Positions 9,114 through 18,310 of a stretch of 64,000 nt of DNA are shown in pieces. The stretch is from Spirochaetota bacterium (GTDB taxonomy: Bacteria; Spirochaetota; UBA4802; UBA5550): the NCBI GenBank assembly GCA_963664815.2, contig CAXXHB010000003.1, positions 1,088,001-1,152,000 of the forward strand, written 5' to 3'. The notes under the pieces are model-generated. The model saw only the letters and a program-made list of their open reading frames with translations, was not told the origin of the DNA and searched no databases. Position 1 is the stretch's first letter; the number at the start of each line of letters is the position of its first letter. Position numbers and translations under genes: made by a program.

Positions 9114-9455
9114 ATGGCAATTCCGGTACCGGGAAAACCTGTCAGAGGTTCTAAAACAGGGGTTCCTATCATGGCTCTTTTTGATTTACTTGGCAGAACC
9201 TGGGCAATAGGAGTTATATGGCAATTACAGAATGGGCCTTATACATTCAGAGAACTTCAGGAGAAGTGTGAATCCATATCGCCCTCTATTTTAAACAGCC
9301 GGATCAAGGACATAATAAAAGCAGATATTGCAGAGCGGACAGTTAATGGTTATCAATTGACAAAACGAGGCAATAAACTCATTAAACTGCTGCGTCCATT
9401 TGGGGAATGGTCAAAGGAGTGGGCAGGGGAGGTATTTAATTTTACAAAGGATTAA
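9114..9455 (+). CDS. HxlR-family winged-helix regulator
   Basis: PGKPVRGSKTG...DLLGRTW...FRELQ...YQLTKRG...WS. Confidence 0.88.
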   Translation: MAIPVPGKPVRGSKTGVPIMALFDLLGRTWAIGVIWQLQNGPYTFRELQEKCESISPSILNSRIKDIIKADIAERTVNGYQLTKRGNKLIKLLRPFGEWSKEWAGEVFNFTKD

Positions 9456-9688
9456 TATTTAAGAGGGAGACATTGGGAATTATTTTTAGAAGATAATATC
9501 TGTAAAGAAAACGAACAAATCGCTTGATTTTACCTGGTAAACCCGGTTCTGTCACTGAAACGTATGATTAAACGCATACCTGCAGGTAACCGGCCTGCCA
9601 CTCTGCGGACCGGTGAAACCATGGCCGAATTGATCCGGAACGGGAAAAGATGTATATTCTGCAGAATAAAAGAGACCTGGAAATTAAA

Positions 9689-10528
9689 ATGATCAACGAA
9701 ATTTATCCGCATATATTAAACACCACTTTTTCACAATCACTGAAAACAGAGGGTGATGATTACATCCTCTGCTATAAAGACAGCAGAATTCTACTGAAGA
9801 AATCGGGGGATATCCTTGAAATTCCAAAGGTGTCAGATATTACTCCGGATGTTACTTTGACAGGTTTAAGGTACCTGTTTTCACTCAATTCCGGAAACTG
9901 TTTCCTGGCAGAGGATTTTACGGTCGAAGATGGTTCTTTCGTTTATTATGAAGTGTCGGCTTTAAGATATTTCAACAGAAGGGAGTTTGCATGGATCGGT
10001 GTTCTCGGATTTCAACTGATGAACTGGTATAACACAAATAAATTCTGCGGAAAATGCGGCTCGAAAACAGAGGAGAAAAAGGATGAAAGGGCCATACTAT
10101 GCCCCGCCTGCAGCAACATAGTTTATCCGAAAATATCGCCCGCAATTATTGTGGCTATCACATGTAATGATAAAATTCTTCTTGCCAAAGGGAAAAATTA
10201 CCGCGGCGGGTTTTATGCTCTCATTGCCGGATATGTAGATATCGGTGAATCGCTGGAAGAGACTGTAATCCGGGAGGTAAAAGAGGAGATCGGCATTGAT
10301 ATTAAAAACATAGTATATTATAAAAGCCAGCCATGGCCCTTCTCCGGATCGTTAATGATCGGTTTCTTTGCTGAAGCAGATGACACGCAGCCGATTAAAA
10401 TCGATGAAAAGGAAATTGAGACAGCCGGCTGGTTCAGATGCGGGAACCTGCCGGAACATGCCCCGAGTATCGGCATCTCCGGAGATATGATAGATGCCTT
10501 CGAGAATAAGAAGCATTATAGCAGCTAA
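9689..10528 (+). CDS. nudC: NAD(+) diphosphatase (NADH pyrophosphatase)
   Basis: Zinc ribbon FCGKCG/CPAC, Nudix box GESLEETVIREVKEEIG and SQPWPFSGS. Confidence 0.93.
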   Translation: MINEIYPHILNTTFSQSLKTEGDDYILCYKDSRILLKKSGDILEIPKVSDITPDVTLTGLRYLFSLNSGNCFLAEDFTVEDGSFVYYEVSALRYFNRREFAWIGVLGFQLMNWYNTNKFCGKCGSKTEEKKDERAILCPACSNIVYPKISPAIIVAITCNDKILLAKGKNYRGGFYALIAGYVDIGESLEETVIREVKEEIGIDIKNIVYYKSQPWPFSGSLMIGFFAEADDTQPIKIDEKEIETAGWFRCGNLPEHAPSIGISGDMIDAFENKKHYSS

Positions 10529-10550
10529 CGATTAAATCAGTACGCTTATT

Positions 10551-10575
10551 GTCATTCCCGCGAAGGCGGGAATCC
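10551..10575. repeat. REP-like element with a dRS3-type core
   Basis: GTCATTCCCGCGAAGGCGGGAATCC (ATTCCC-N8-GGGAAT). Confidence 0.75.
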
Positions 10576-10777
10576 CATAGAACAAGTATTATGAGATTCC
10601 GGCAGTGTAGCAATGATAGCTGCCTGAAGGCACAAAACAGGATGTTTTTATAATGCCTGCTTTCCTTATCACTCCGGCCCGAATGATATGGTGCTAATCG
10701 TTTCGTGAAATGCTATAGCTCTATAGAATAACTGTTATAAAAAAAGGATTTAAAAAGTATAGCGGTTAACGAATAGT

Positions 10778-12133
10778 TCAGTCCTTCTTTTTCGCTGTAT
10801 ATCTGTAGACCTTCATCCCTTTTTTAATCTCACTCCTTGCGCCTGAGATCACTTCGCATTTTGAAACGGTCATCATGGGGAAGGTTGACCGCAGTATGAT
10901 AATTTTATCATTTGCATAGAGGCAGAGCTTATCCCCCATCATCACCCTCTCCCCGATTTTATTGCCGCCGACTATAATTTCACCACCTGTAACAGATTTA
11001 ACATCTCCTATAAGCTGGCCGATCTGCGTGAGAGATTTCTCCTGTTCTCCGGAATTTAATGGATTAAGGATAAAACCATATTTGTCATCTTTCCTGACGG
11101 CAGCCGCCCCTTCAAAAAAATTACCTGCTTTCTCAAACTGAGCTTCCAGAATAAATCGGCCGGTTTTATCTATATAACCCCACTTGCCATTCACTTCAAC
11201 AACAGCAAGACCTTCAGAAAAATCAGATAAATATTCCATATATTTGACAGTAAAGACAAAACGGGGTTCTATGACAATCTTCCCGGTTTTATCTATATAT
11301 CCCCACTTGCCATCTCTGCTAACCATGGCAAGACCTTCAGAAAATTCACGTGCATTCTCAAATTGAGGTGCAGCAACAATCCGGCCGGTTTTATCTATAA
11401 AACCCCATTTCCCGTCTTTTTTAAATTTAGCTAGATTTTCGGAAAATTCACCGGGCGAATCATATTGCGGTTCTATAATAATATTACCGGTTTTATCTAT
11501 AAAACCCCATTTGCCGCTTTTTTTTACTGCTGCAATACCTTCGCTAAAAGGGAATGCATCTTCAAACTGAAGACTGATTACCGTTTTCCCGCTTGTATCG
11601 ATATAACCGGATTTGCTGTTTTTCCTGACCACAGCCAGTCCCTCTGAAAACTTTCTTACACTGTCAAACCCGGGTTCGATTATCATCGTTCCGGATTTAT
11701 CCATAAAACCCCATCGCCCGCTTTTTTCAACTGCAGCCAGGCCATTTGTAAAATCACCATTAATGTAACTGAACTTGTCTGAAAATGCTATCACGGGCTC
11801 TATTGCTGTTTTACCGCTGTTGTCTATATAACCCCATCTGGCGTTTTCTGTTAAGCGGGCTACACTGACCATCACCAGACCCTCGGAGAATTTTGTAGCG
11901 TAATCAAACCTGGGATCAAGTTCAATAACAACCTGTCCGTTTTTATCAACAAAACAGATCCTTTCCCCTTTATGTACCTCCGCCAGTCCTTCAGAAAACG
12001 ATCTTGCATTATTAAACTGAGGCTCAACAAGCCATTTGATATTGCTTTTCACGGATGTTTTTGATTCAGTTACAGCGGCCGGTATTACTGCAATGAATAC
12101 ACCGATTATAACTGAAAGAATTCGTTTTCTCAT
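10778..12133 (-). CDS. Secreted WG (KWG Leptospira-type) repeat protein
   Basis: Signal peptide plus about nine FSEGLA...KWG(F/Y)IDKTG repeats; small C-terminal beta domain. Confidence 0.93.
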   Translation of the reverse strand: MRKRILSVIIGVFIAVIPAAVTESKTSVKSNIKWLVEPQFNNARSFSEGLAEVHKGERICFVDKNGQVVIELDPRFDYATKFSEGLVMVSVARLTENARWGYIDNSGKTAIEPVIAFSDKFSYINGDFTNGLAAVEKSGRWGFMDKSGTMIIEPGFDSVRKFSEGLAVVRKNSKSGYIDTSGKTVISLQFEDAFPFSEGIAAVKKSGKWGFIDKTGNIIIEPQYDSPGEFSENLAKFKKDGKWGFIDKTGRIVAAPQFENAREFSEGLAMVSRDGKWGYIDKTGKIVIEPRFVFTVKYMEYLSDFSEGLAVVEVNGKWGYIDKTGRFILEAQFEKAGNFFEGAAAVRKDDKYGFILNPLNSGEQEKSLTQIGQLIGDVKSVTGGEIIVGGNKIGERVMMGDKLCLYANDKIIILRSTFPMMTVSKCEVISGARSEIKKGMKVYRYTAKKKD

Positions 12134-12516
12134 AAATTTTCCCTCATTCACCATTACAAATGGCTATTAATACATAAAAAATTGTAAATATTTCAATACT
12201 TTTTTTAAATATTCAAATAAATATCAGGCTTGTTGTAAATAAATACAGCAGGTCAAATATCTGAACACGATTACAGGATTAAGGGATTAACGGGATTTCC
12301 TGCAAATAGAAGTACTATAAAAGGGGTAGCCGACAGTCCGGGGGATTTTTAAGTCTATGAAACGCAGGGTTCAATACTGCACACAATCCATGTTACCTGT
12401 GAGTTTCCTGTATTGATGTTCAATCCATAAAGACTTTTCATTGGATGTCTGAATATGCCCGCATATCATTTTTAAAGTTGATTCTTTAAATCTTTTTGTA
12501 TAAACTATGACAATAG

Positions 12517-12551
12517 ATATGTCATTTAAATTGACAAATAAAATGACATAT
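12517..12551. promoter_or_regulatory. Inverted repeat flanking the -35 of the fic promoter
   Basis: ATATGTCATTT (12517-27) / AAATGACATAT (12541-51) around TTGACA (12531-36); also TGACATGTCA across the start codon. Confidence 0.55.
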
Positions 12552-12587
12552 ATTTATATGTTGTTAAATAAATAACGGATTGCTGAC

Positions 12588-13754
12588 ATGTCACAGGCAA
12601 ATATAAAATACCCGCATATACAGTTTAAAAAAACCTGGAAGCTGAAAGACAGAACAATTTTTCAGTTAGGTCAGTGTGATGCCATAATTAAAGCTATTTC
12701 AAATACCCCCATCAGACCCGATTACAGGGAGCATCTTCATTCAATTTCTCTTATAAAAGGTGCTCAGGCTACAACAGCCATTGAAGGTAATACGTTAACC
12801 TATGAACAGATTCAGGAAATTCAGAAAGGTAAAAAATTATCTCCAAGTAAGGAATATCTCCAGATTGAAGTTCAGAATATTATTGATGCATTAGATGGCA
12901 TCTTAAATGATCTGGTAGTGCAAAATAAAGTATTAATTATTAAACCTGAACTGGTACAAAATTTTCATAAACTGGTGGGCAAGAACCTTGGAGATCATTT
13001 TAAAGCAACTCCCGGCAGGTTCAGAAATAATAATGTCACAGTTGGTAATTACCTGGCTCCGGAACATAAAGATGTTCATGGATTGATTAATCAGTTATGT
13101 GACTGGCTGCAGAATGAGTTTCATTTTGGAAAAGAACAGAGTTTTGAAGAAGCAGTTATTCAGGCAATCGTTACTCATGTGTATATTGCATGGATACATC
13201 CGTTTTCTGACGGGAATGGGAGAACTGCACGTTTACTGGAGTATTACCTGCTGTTACGGGCCGGAGTTCCTGATATTGCATCACATGTTTTATCCAATCA
13301 CTATAATTCAACGAGGAGTGAATACTACAGACAAATTGAAAATGCTACATTAAAAAAAGATTTAACAGAGTTTATTGATTATGCAATTCAGGGTTTCCGT
13401 GATGGCTTGTATGAAACATTAAATATTATACAGGAAAATCAATTGCAGATAACCTGGCGAAATTATATTTATGGAATATTTAATAACAAAAAAGCAACAG
13501 GTAAAGCATCAATCGCTATAAAGCGTCGAAGAAATTTAATATTAAGGATTCCAATTGATTACTATTTATCTGAAGAAGAAATCAGTGAGCTTCATCCAAC
13601 AATAATCAGAGAGTATTCGGAATTATCTGCACGTACATTGTCAAGAGATCTTGAAGAACTGGTCAATGCCGGTTTGCTGGATAAAAAGAAAGAGGGATAT
13701 AGAGCAAATGTAGAGATTTTGAGAAAATTTATGGCGTTAAGGTTGAGTTATTAA
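12588..13754 (+). CDS. Fic family protein with C-terminal HTH
   Basis: Catalytic motif HPFSDGNGRTAR, inhibitory-type ATTAIEGN, C-terminal LSARTLSRDLEELVNAGLL. Confidence 0.93.
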   Translation: MSQANIKYPHIQFKKTWKLKDRTIFQLGQCDAIIKAISNTPIRPDYREHLHSISLIKGAQATTAIEGNTLTYEQIQEIQKGKKLSPSKEYLQIEVQNIIDALDGILNDLVVQNKVLIIKPELVQNFHKLVGKNLGDHFKATPGRFRNNNVTVGNYLAPEHKDVHGLINQLCDWLQNEFHFGKEQSFEEAVIQAIVTHVYIAWIHPFSDGNGRTARLLEYYLLLRAGVPDIASHVLSNHYNSTRSEYYRQIENATLKKDLTEFIDYAIQGFRDGLYETLNIIQENQLQITWRNYIYGIFNNKKATGKASIAIKRRRNLILRIPIDYYLSEEEISELHPTIIREYSELSARTLSRDLEELVNAGLLDKKKEGYRANVEILRKFMALRLSY

Positions 13755-14060
13755 TTTGGCACATAGGGCAATCTGGCAGGTGTAATTCCTGTTATCTATA
13801 TGTTTGTTAATTTAAAAAGAATTTTCCTTCGGGTGTCTGAATCTACATCATTTCCATAGAACCTGAACAAGAACAGTAACGAGATTTTTTAAAGGCTCCT
13901 TTGACACAAATCGGTCCCCGGATTTTTATTTTTCCGGTCAAATCATCAGATTATTGTTTTATATTATTACAAATACCGTGAGAAACGATATTCAAAATCC
14001 TGTACATGTGATGAGTATGATTGAAGCATGTACTGTTCGATGCCAGTGGTTTCGTCCGGC

Positions 14061-14141
14061 AGAAGTCTTAATATAGCTGCTGTCCGAAGATTGAAATTAT
14101 CTGTTTTTTAGCAGCTACGTTAAGACTTCTATAAGTTAGGC
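14061..14141. repeat. attC-like hairpin, repeat copy 1
   Basis: AGAAGTCTTAATATAGCTGCT (14061-81) pairs with AGCAGCTACGTTAAGACTTCT (14110-30); ends in GTTAGGC (minus strand GCCTAAC = RYYYAAC). Confidence 0.6.
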
Positions 14142-14192
14142 GATGTGATCGGCATCCACAACTTCTTTTTGTTTCAATTAAATATTAAAAAA

Positions 14193-14657
14193 TCATAAAC
14201 AATGCGTTGAACTATCTTTTGCAACAATTTGATTTGTAGCTGTATCTCTAGCCAATCAATTATATGAGCCACTATCCAAAAAATTTGTCACATTATATTC
14301 AATACAGTATTTATACCCTGTGCTTCAGCATTAAATACGAAATAAGAGTTTTACCAAAGATTGAGAAGAACTAATTCTGTGAAATCCTGGAGTTAAAGCG
14401 ACTAACTTAACTCCAGGCATATTAAGAATTGATCTTAAACAACTCCCGAGTCCATTTTTAATATTATCATTATTTATTTTCCAAATAACTTGAGGTCCGG
14501 AAGCTATTAATATAGTATATTGTTTTTTGGAAACATCTTCATTAACATTATGAAAAAATCATTCATATTTATCTTTCATATCAACTGTGACTGTTGAAGT
14601 ACAACCCATTAATAATAAGATAAACATTAAATTAATAGATACTTTTAATATGGTTAC
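14193..14657 (-). pseudogene. Decayed lipoprotein gene
   Basis: Minus strand reads ...LMFILLLMGCTSTVTVDMKDKYE*FFHN...VALTPGFHRI, shifts to FVFNAEA/GYKYCIEY...YN*LARDTATNQIVAK: lipobox, two in-frame stops and frameshifts. Ends approximate. Confidence 0.65.
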
Positions 14658-14735
14658 AATACAGCCTCATCGGATTACTTTGAGCAGTTTAAATAATATC
14701 ACTTATAGTTTGTCAGTCTATTTATGATGCTCAGC

Positions 14736-15269
14736 TTATATTTTAATATCATATTTAATTATTTTTTTGTCAGGAAAATTAACATGCATTTTATAGATAC
14801 CATGTGAAAGAGGTCCTTTCGTCCTGATTACATAAGTATAATTATAACTATCTGTTTGTCCATTTTGTGATATGGTTGTATACTTTATAGGTATCAATGA
14901 ATAATCAAGGAAACAATCTCTATTAGATGCATCAAAAATTTGAATTTTGAAGCTAAGTTCTTCATCGAGGAATGGCAAATTATACGCCATTGTAAAATAA
15001 AAATACTGATTGTCTGCATATTGCATTTCTTCAATTGAAGTTAATCTTTTTTTCTTTTCTTGCTGTGACATTTTTTTATCTTCGACGATTGCCTGACGTC
15101 CGATTTTTTTAAATTCATCCAGATCTTTTTCTTCTAATTTCCATGATTGGAAATAGGCTTTTCCATATTTTGAACTTGTTTCTATATCACTATCAATTAC
15201 AGAGTATGTAGAACAACTTGATGAGATAAATGAAGCGATAAAAATCATTAAAGAAATATACTTCTTCAT
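14736..15269 (-). CDS. Hypothetical lipoprotein
   Basis: MKK + hydrophobic stretch + SSSC; GGAGG RBS; AT-rich. Confidence 0.75.
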   Translation of the reverse strand: MKKYISLMIFIASFISSSCSTYSVIDSDIETSSKYGKAYFQSWKLEEKDLDEFKKIGRQAIVEDKKMSQQEKKKRLTSIEEMQYADNQYFYFTMAYNLPFLDEELSFKIQIFDASNRDCFLDYSLIPIKYTTISQNGQTDSYNYTYVIRTKGPLSHGIYKMHVNFPDKKIIKYDIKI

Positions 15270-15513
15270 AATAACCTCCGATAATTATATTTATTTTTAT
15301 TGGAAAGCTAATTATGATTATTTAATTATGTCAATTAATTTAAATAAAATTATATATTTAGGTATAAGACGCCTGAAGTATCTTAGGCGTAGGCGGACAA
15401 ACCTTAGCAGTACAACATGGATTTTGAAGCGATGAATAAAAGATTCTGCCGGGAGATCCATGAGCTTTTTGCTGTTTCAAACTCCGCCATCAAAGCATAG
15501 CGTTGAATTTTGG

Positions 15514-15545
15514 GCAGTTACGTTAAGACTTCTATAAGTTAGATA
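15514..15545. repeat. attC-like repeat copy 2, overlapping a stop codon
   Basis: GCAGTTACGTTAAGACTTCTATAAGTTAG is 28/29 identical to 14111-14139; minus-strand ATCTAAC contains the TAA of the 15539 gene. Confidence 0.7.
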
Positions 15546-16456
15546 CTATTCGATATTGTAACATAAGCATCTTCATGAATATAGCCATTATGAACTAACT
15601 CTATGGATATATTTAATAATGGAAAATTTTCAGCAAGAAGAGAAAAATAAAGTAAATATGTTCCTGCTGCAGTTATAATTGGTTGTTTCGGACTAATATC
15701 TAATGAACTCAAAAGATAAATATTACCAGGATTATTACTGTCTTGTAATAGTAAACTAAATGCACAATGACTATCAGGCCATATTGCTTGTTCAAAGCCA
15801 GGTTGCCCTGAGCATTTTATTGGACTTTTATCTGGTGATAGAATTGTATTGCCATTATACTGAATGTATTCTAGCCTTATTTGAGATTTGAATGCAGGTA
15901 AATCATTTCGTAAATTCTTAATATCAAGATTAAGAACTTTTCCAGTATATAAATTCCCGCTATGATCATTATATTGAATATTTTTAGTCCAGATTAAATT
16001 GCTAGCAATTAAATGCCGTGAATATTTTGGACTCCAGTTTCTTGCTTTTACGGCTTCTATAACGTGATTGAATACATCTGTATGATCGTTAAAAAGAGTT
16101 GAGTTCGAAATCATATAATTTAATAGGCCATCCCTTTTTACTCCTGTTTGTTGAAAAAATATTGCATTATCAAATCCGAGATAATACGCTATAGCTAATT
16201 CTTGATTAGTAAATAAAGATCCTCTATAGATTTTTTTAAAGCATGATATTTTTTCTCTTCGAAAATCAATAAATATATAATAGTCTGAATTTTTTAGATT
16301 GCCTATAATTCCAGAATTTACATCATTAATGCTTTGAGTACGAATGGCTACATATGGCGAAAACCCCTCCGTTCTCAGCCAATCTTCTAATTTCTTGGCC
16401 ACCTCTTTTTCTTTTGGATTGGCTTGGCCACAACTAATAAAAACTTTTCCTGGCAT
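15539..16456 (-). CDS. TIR-like/DUF4062-like nucleotide-binding protein with a C-terminal beta-rich domain
   Basis: KVFISCG...LRTEGFSPYVA...SDYYIFI...SLFTNQELAIA pattern; AAGGAG RBS before MPGKVF. Confidence 0.55.
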   Translation of the reverse strand: MPGKVFISCGQANPKEKEVAKKLEDWLRTEGFSPYVAIRTQSINDVNSGIIGNLKNSDYYIFIDFRREKISCFKKIYRGSLFTNQELAIAYYLGFDNAIFFQQTGVKRDGLLNYMISNSTLFNDHTDVFNHVIEAVKARNWSPKYSRHLIASNLIWTKNIQYNDHSGNLYTGKVLNLDIKNLRNDLPAFKSQIRLEYIQYNGNTILSPDKSPIKCSGQPGFEQAIWPDSHCAFSLLLQDSNNPGNIYLLSSLDISPKQPIITAAGTYLLYFSLLAENFPLLNISIELVHNGYIHEDAYVTISNSI

Positions 16457-17065
16457 AAAAGCTCCTTTGTGAATATCGAAGTCTGGTAGGTAATCCATAA
16501 AAACCGTATGTGAAAGTTTACTCTATACGGCTCAAATCGTCTAAAGCTGATTATACGACCAGCCACTGTTATCTGTTTTTGTTCTTCTATAAGTAGAAAT
16601 AATCAGGATCTTCCTTTAAAAAGGGTTCCTGTCAAGACTTATCACTCTGTGTCTAACAATTTTACGTGTCCTGCGGTAATAACAAACTCTGTCATCATGT
16701 ATATCATACACCCCCACCAAACTGCGGTTAAATCAACTTTTTTTAAATATTGAAATAATAATATCCGGAATAATTAGCAGAGATTGGCTGATTGTTTACA
16801 TTTCTTTTTAATTGTTTATATTTCTCTAAGCAGATTGCTAAGTATTACACATGATATAATCAAAACTTACAGAATCTGAAGATATAAAGAGGTATGTGGC
16901 AACCTTTGGCAGGTTTTGTGTAATCCTGCTAAGTTAAATGATGATTTTTAATAAAACTTATTACTGGTAGGTTCCGGGGATAAATCGGTATACTTTGCCC
17001 TGCCATTCAGGGTAAAGTATGAAAATCTGCTATAAAAATGCTGAAAATCTGCTGAAACTTAGCAA

Positions 17066-17551
17066 TTATGATGTTTTTTGTAATCCCCGCCGCTTTTCCG
17101 GGGCTGTAATACCCCATATTTGAGGTTTTCCGAAGCATGTTTTTATCATATACGGAGCGGGTACGGAGTATATATGGAGAGGGTCTTTACCATGGCGGAC
17201 AGATGGAGATAAACTCCTCTCTTTAAATACAGGTTGCTCTGATCTTTCGTCTGCTGTTGTGGCAACTCTGCCGGCAAGGAAATCGGAGATATAAAGGTTA
17301 AACCCGCTGAGAGCCTTGTCATGTTTTAATGCCCGTCTGTTATATAAATTTTTTACCTTTTCGGGGAGATCTCTCCATGATTTTGAAGCTTCGCCGAAGA
17401 GCTTTCTGTTTAACCGCTGTGCCTCCGTGTCCGGGTTTAACGGGATGACGCGTATGCGGCAGCAGTTTTTGTCTTTCCATTTGTAATGCACCAGGTCGCC
17501 AACTTTACCTTTTATATTAAGGTACATGGGATCAAGGGTTATTTTTGCCAT
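17066..17551 (-). CDS. Hypothetical basic protein, DUF6266-like N-terminus
   Basis: MAKI...IKGKVGDLVHY...NPDTEAQRLNRKLF...W...SGFNLYIS; GGAGG RBS before the ATG at 17551. Confidence 0.6.
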   Translation of the reverse strand: MAKITLDPMYLNIKGKVGDLVHYKWKDKNCCRIRVIPLNPDTEAQRLNRKLFGEASKSWRDLPEKVKNLYNRRALKHDKALSGFNLYISDFLAGRVATTADERSEQPVFKERSLSPSVRHGKDPLHIYSVPAPYMIKTCFGKPQIWGITAPEKRRGLQKTS

Positions 17552-17725
17552 AGGTATATCCTCCATGTTTATGAAAGTTATACGAACGGATGCGGGCTTT
17601 TTTATAAAATATTTCAGTAATTCCTGAATTTTTTTATTCAATCGTGAAATGCCGCAGTACAAAAACTGTCATTTCCAGACAGCTATAGTTTTCAACCTGG
17701 CGTTCAATTTAAGGAGAGAGATTGA

Positions 17726-18130
17726 TTATATGAATACAGCAGGGGAGGTGTTAAATCTCTTTGCCAGCAGTTTAATTTGGCGTACATTCAGACTTCTTTT
17801 CCCGCACAATATTTCAGATACTACGCCCTGGGATCCGATTTCTTTTAAATCGGCCTGTTTTATTCCATGTTCTTCCATCAGATATTGCAATACTTCAAAA
17901 GGTTCTGCTTCTTTAACAGGATGATTTCTGTCTTCATATTCTGATATCAACAGTCCGATTGTCTCCATAAGTGCGGCTTCAGGATGGCTTTCATCATTGC
18001 CGACTTCGTCAATAAGCTCGTCAAGAACTGCAACAAGTCTTTTATATGACTCTTCATCATGCGGAACGGATAAATATTCCGATACAGATGACCATGTTTT
18101 ATTTATTATTTTAAGCGCTGTTGATGCCAT
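17726..18130 (-). CDS. higA: HigA-type antitoxin (Xre HTH)
   Basis: YEDRNHP...LQYLMEEHGIKQADLKEIGSQGVVSEILCGKRSLNVRQIKLLAKRF. Confidence 0.92.
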   Translation of the reverse strand: MASTALKIINKTWSSVSEYLSVPHDEESYKRLVAVLDELIDEVGNDESHPEAALMETIGLLISEYEDRNHPVKEAEPFEVLQYLMEEHGIKQADLKEIGSQGVVSEILCGKRSLNVRQIKLLAKRFNTSPAVFI

Positions 18131-18132
18131 GT

Positions 18133-18310
18133 TTATTCTCTCCATTTATTTTTATCATATTCTGAATGTTTTAAAATATATCTGATATAAACCATTCCGG
18201 TATTATAATGTATCGCCGCAATAAGACGGTATTTATTTCCGCTTATATTAAACACCGTAAGCTTTCCGACTGAATCAGCAGATGGAAACATTTTTTTAAA
18301 TCTGCTGAAT
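18133..18310 (-). pseudogene. higB: Truncated HigB toxin
   Basis: FPSADSVGKLTVFNISGNKYRLIAAIHYNTGMVYIRYILKHSEYDKNKWRE* is the HigB C-terminal half; a frameshift lies in an A-run upstream and the N-terminus is absent. Confidence 0.85.

Noticed and set aside
11100-12040. Recurrent DNA repeats such as CCGGTTTTATCTATA...CCCCA at roughly 110-130 bp spacing, superficially CRISPR-like
   Set aside because: They are the coding repeats of the WG-repeat protein; degenerate, in frame, and no cas genes are present.
13789-13802. CCTGTTATCTATAT also found at 55191
   Set aside because: A 14-bp AT-rich match is expected by chance in a window of this size.
13960-14050. Minus-strand fragment MLQSYSSHVQDFEYRFSR resembling an IS1595 transposase C-terminus
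   Set aside because: Too short, with no DDE core or terminal repeats visible.
14111-16597. 29-bp repeat as a CRISPR direct repeat
   Set aside because: Copies are over 1 kb apart and separated by whole genes.
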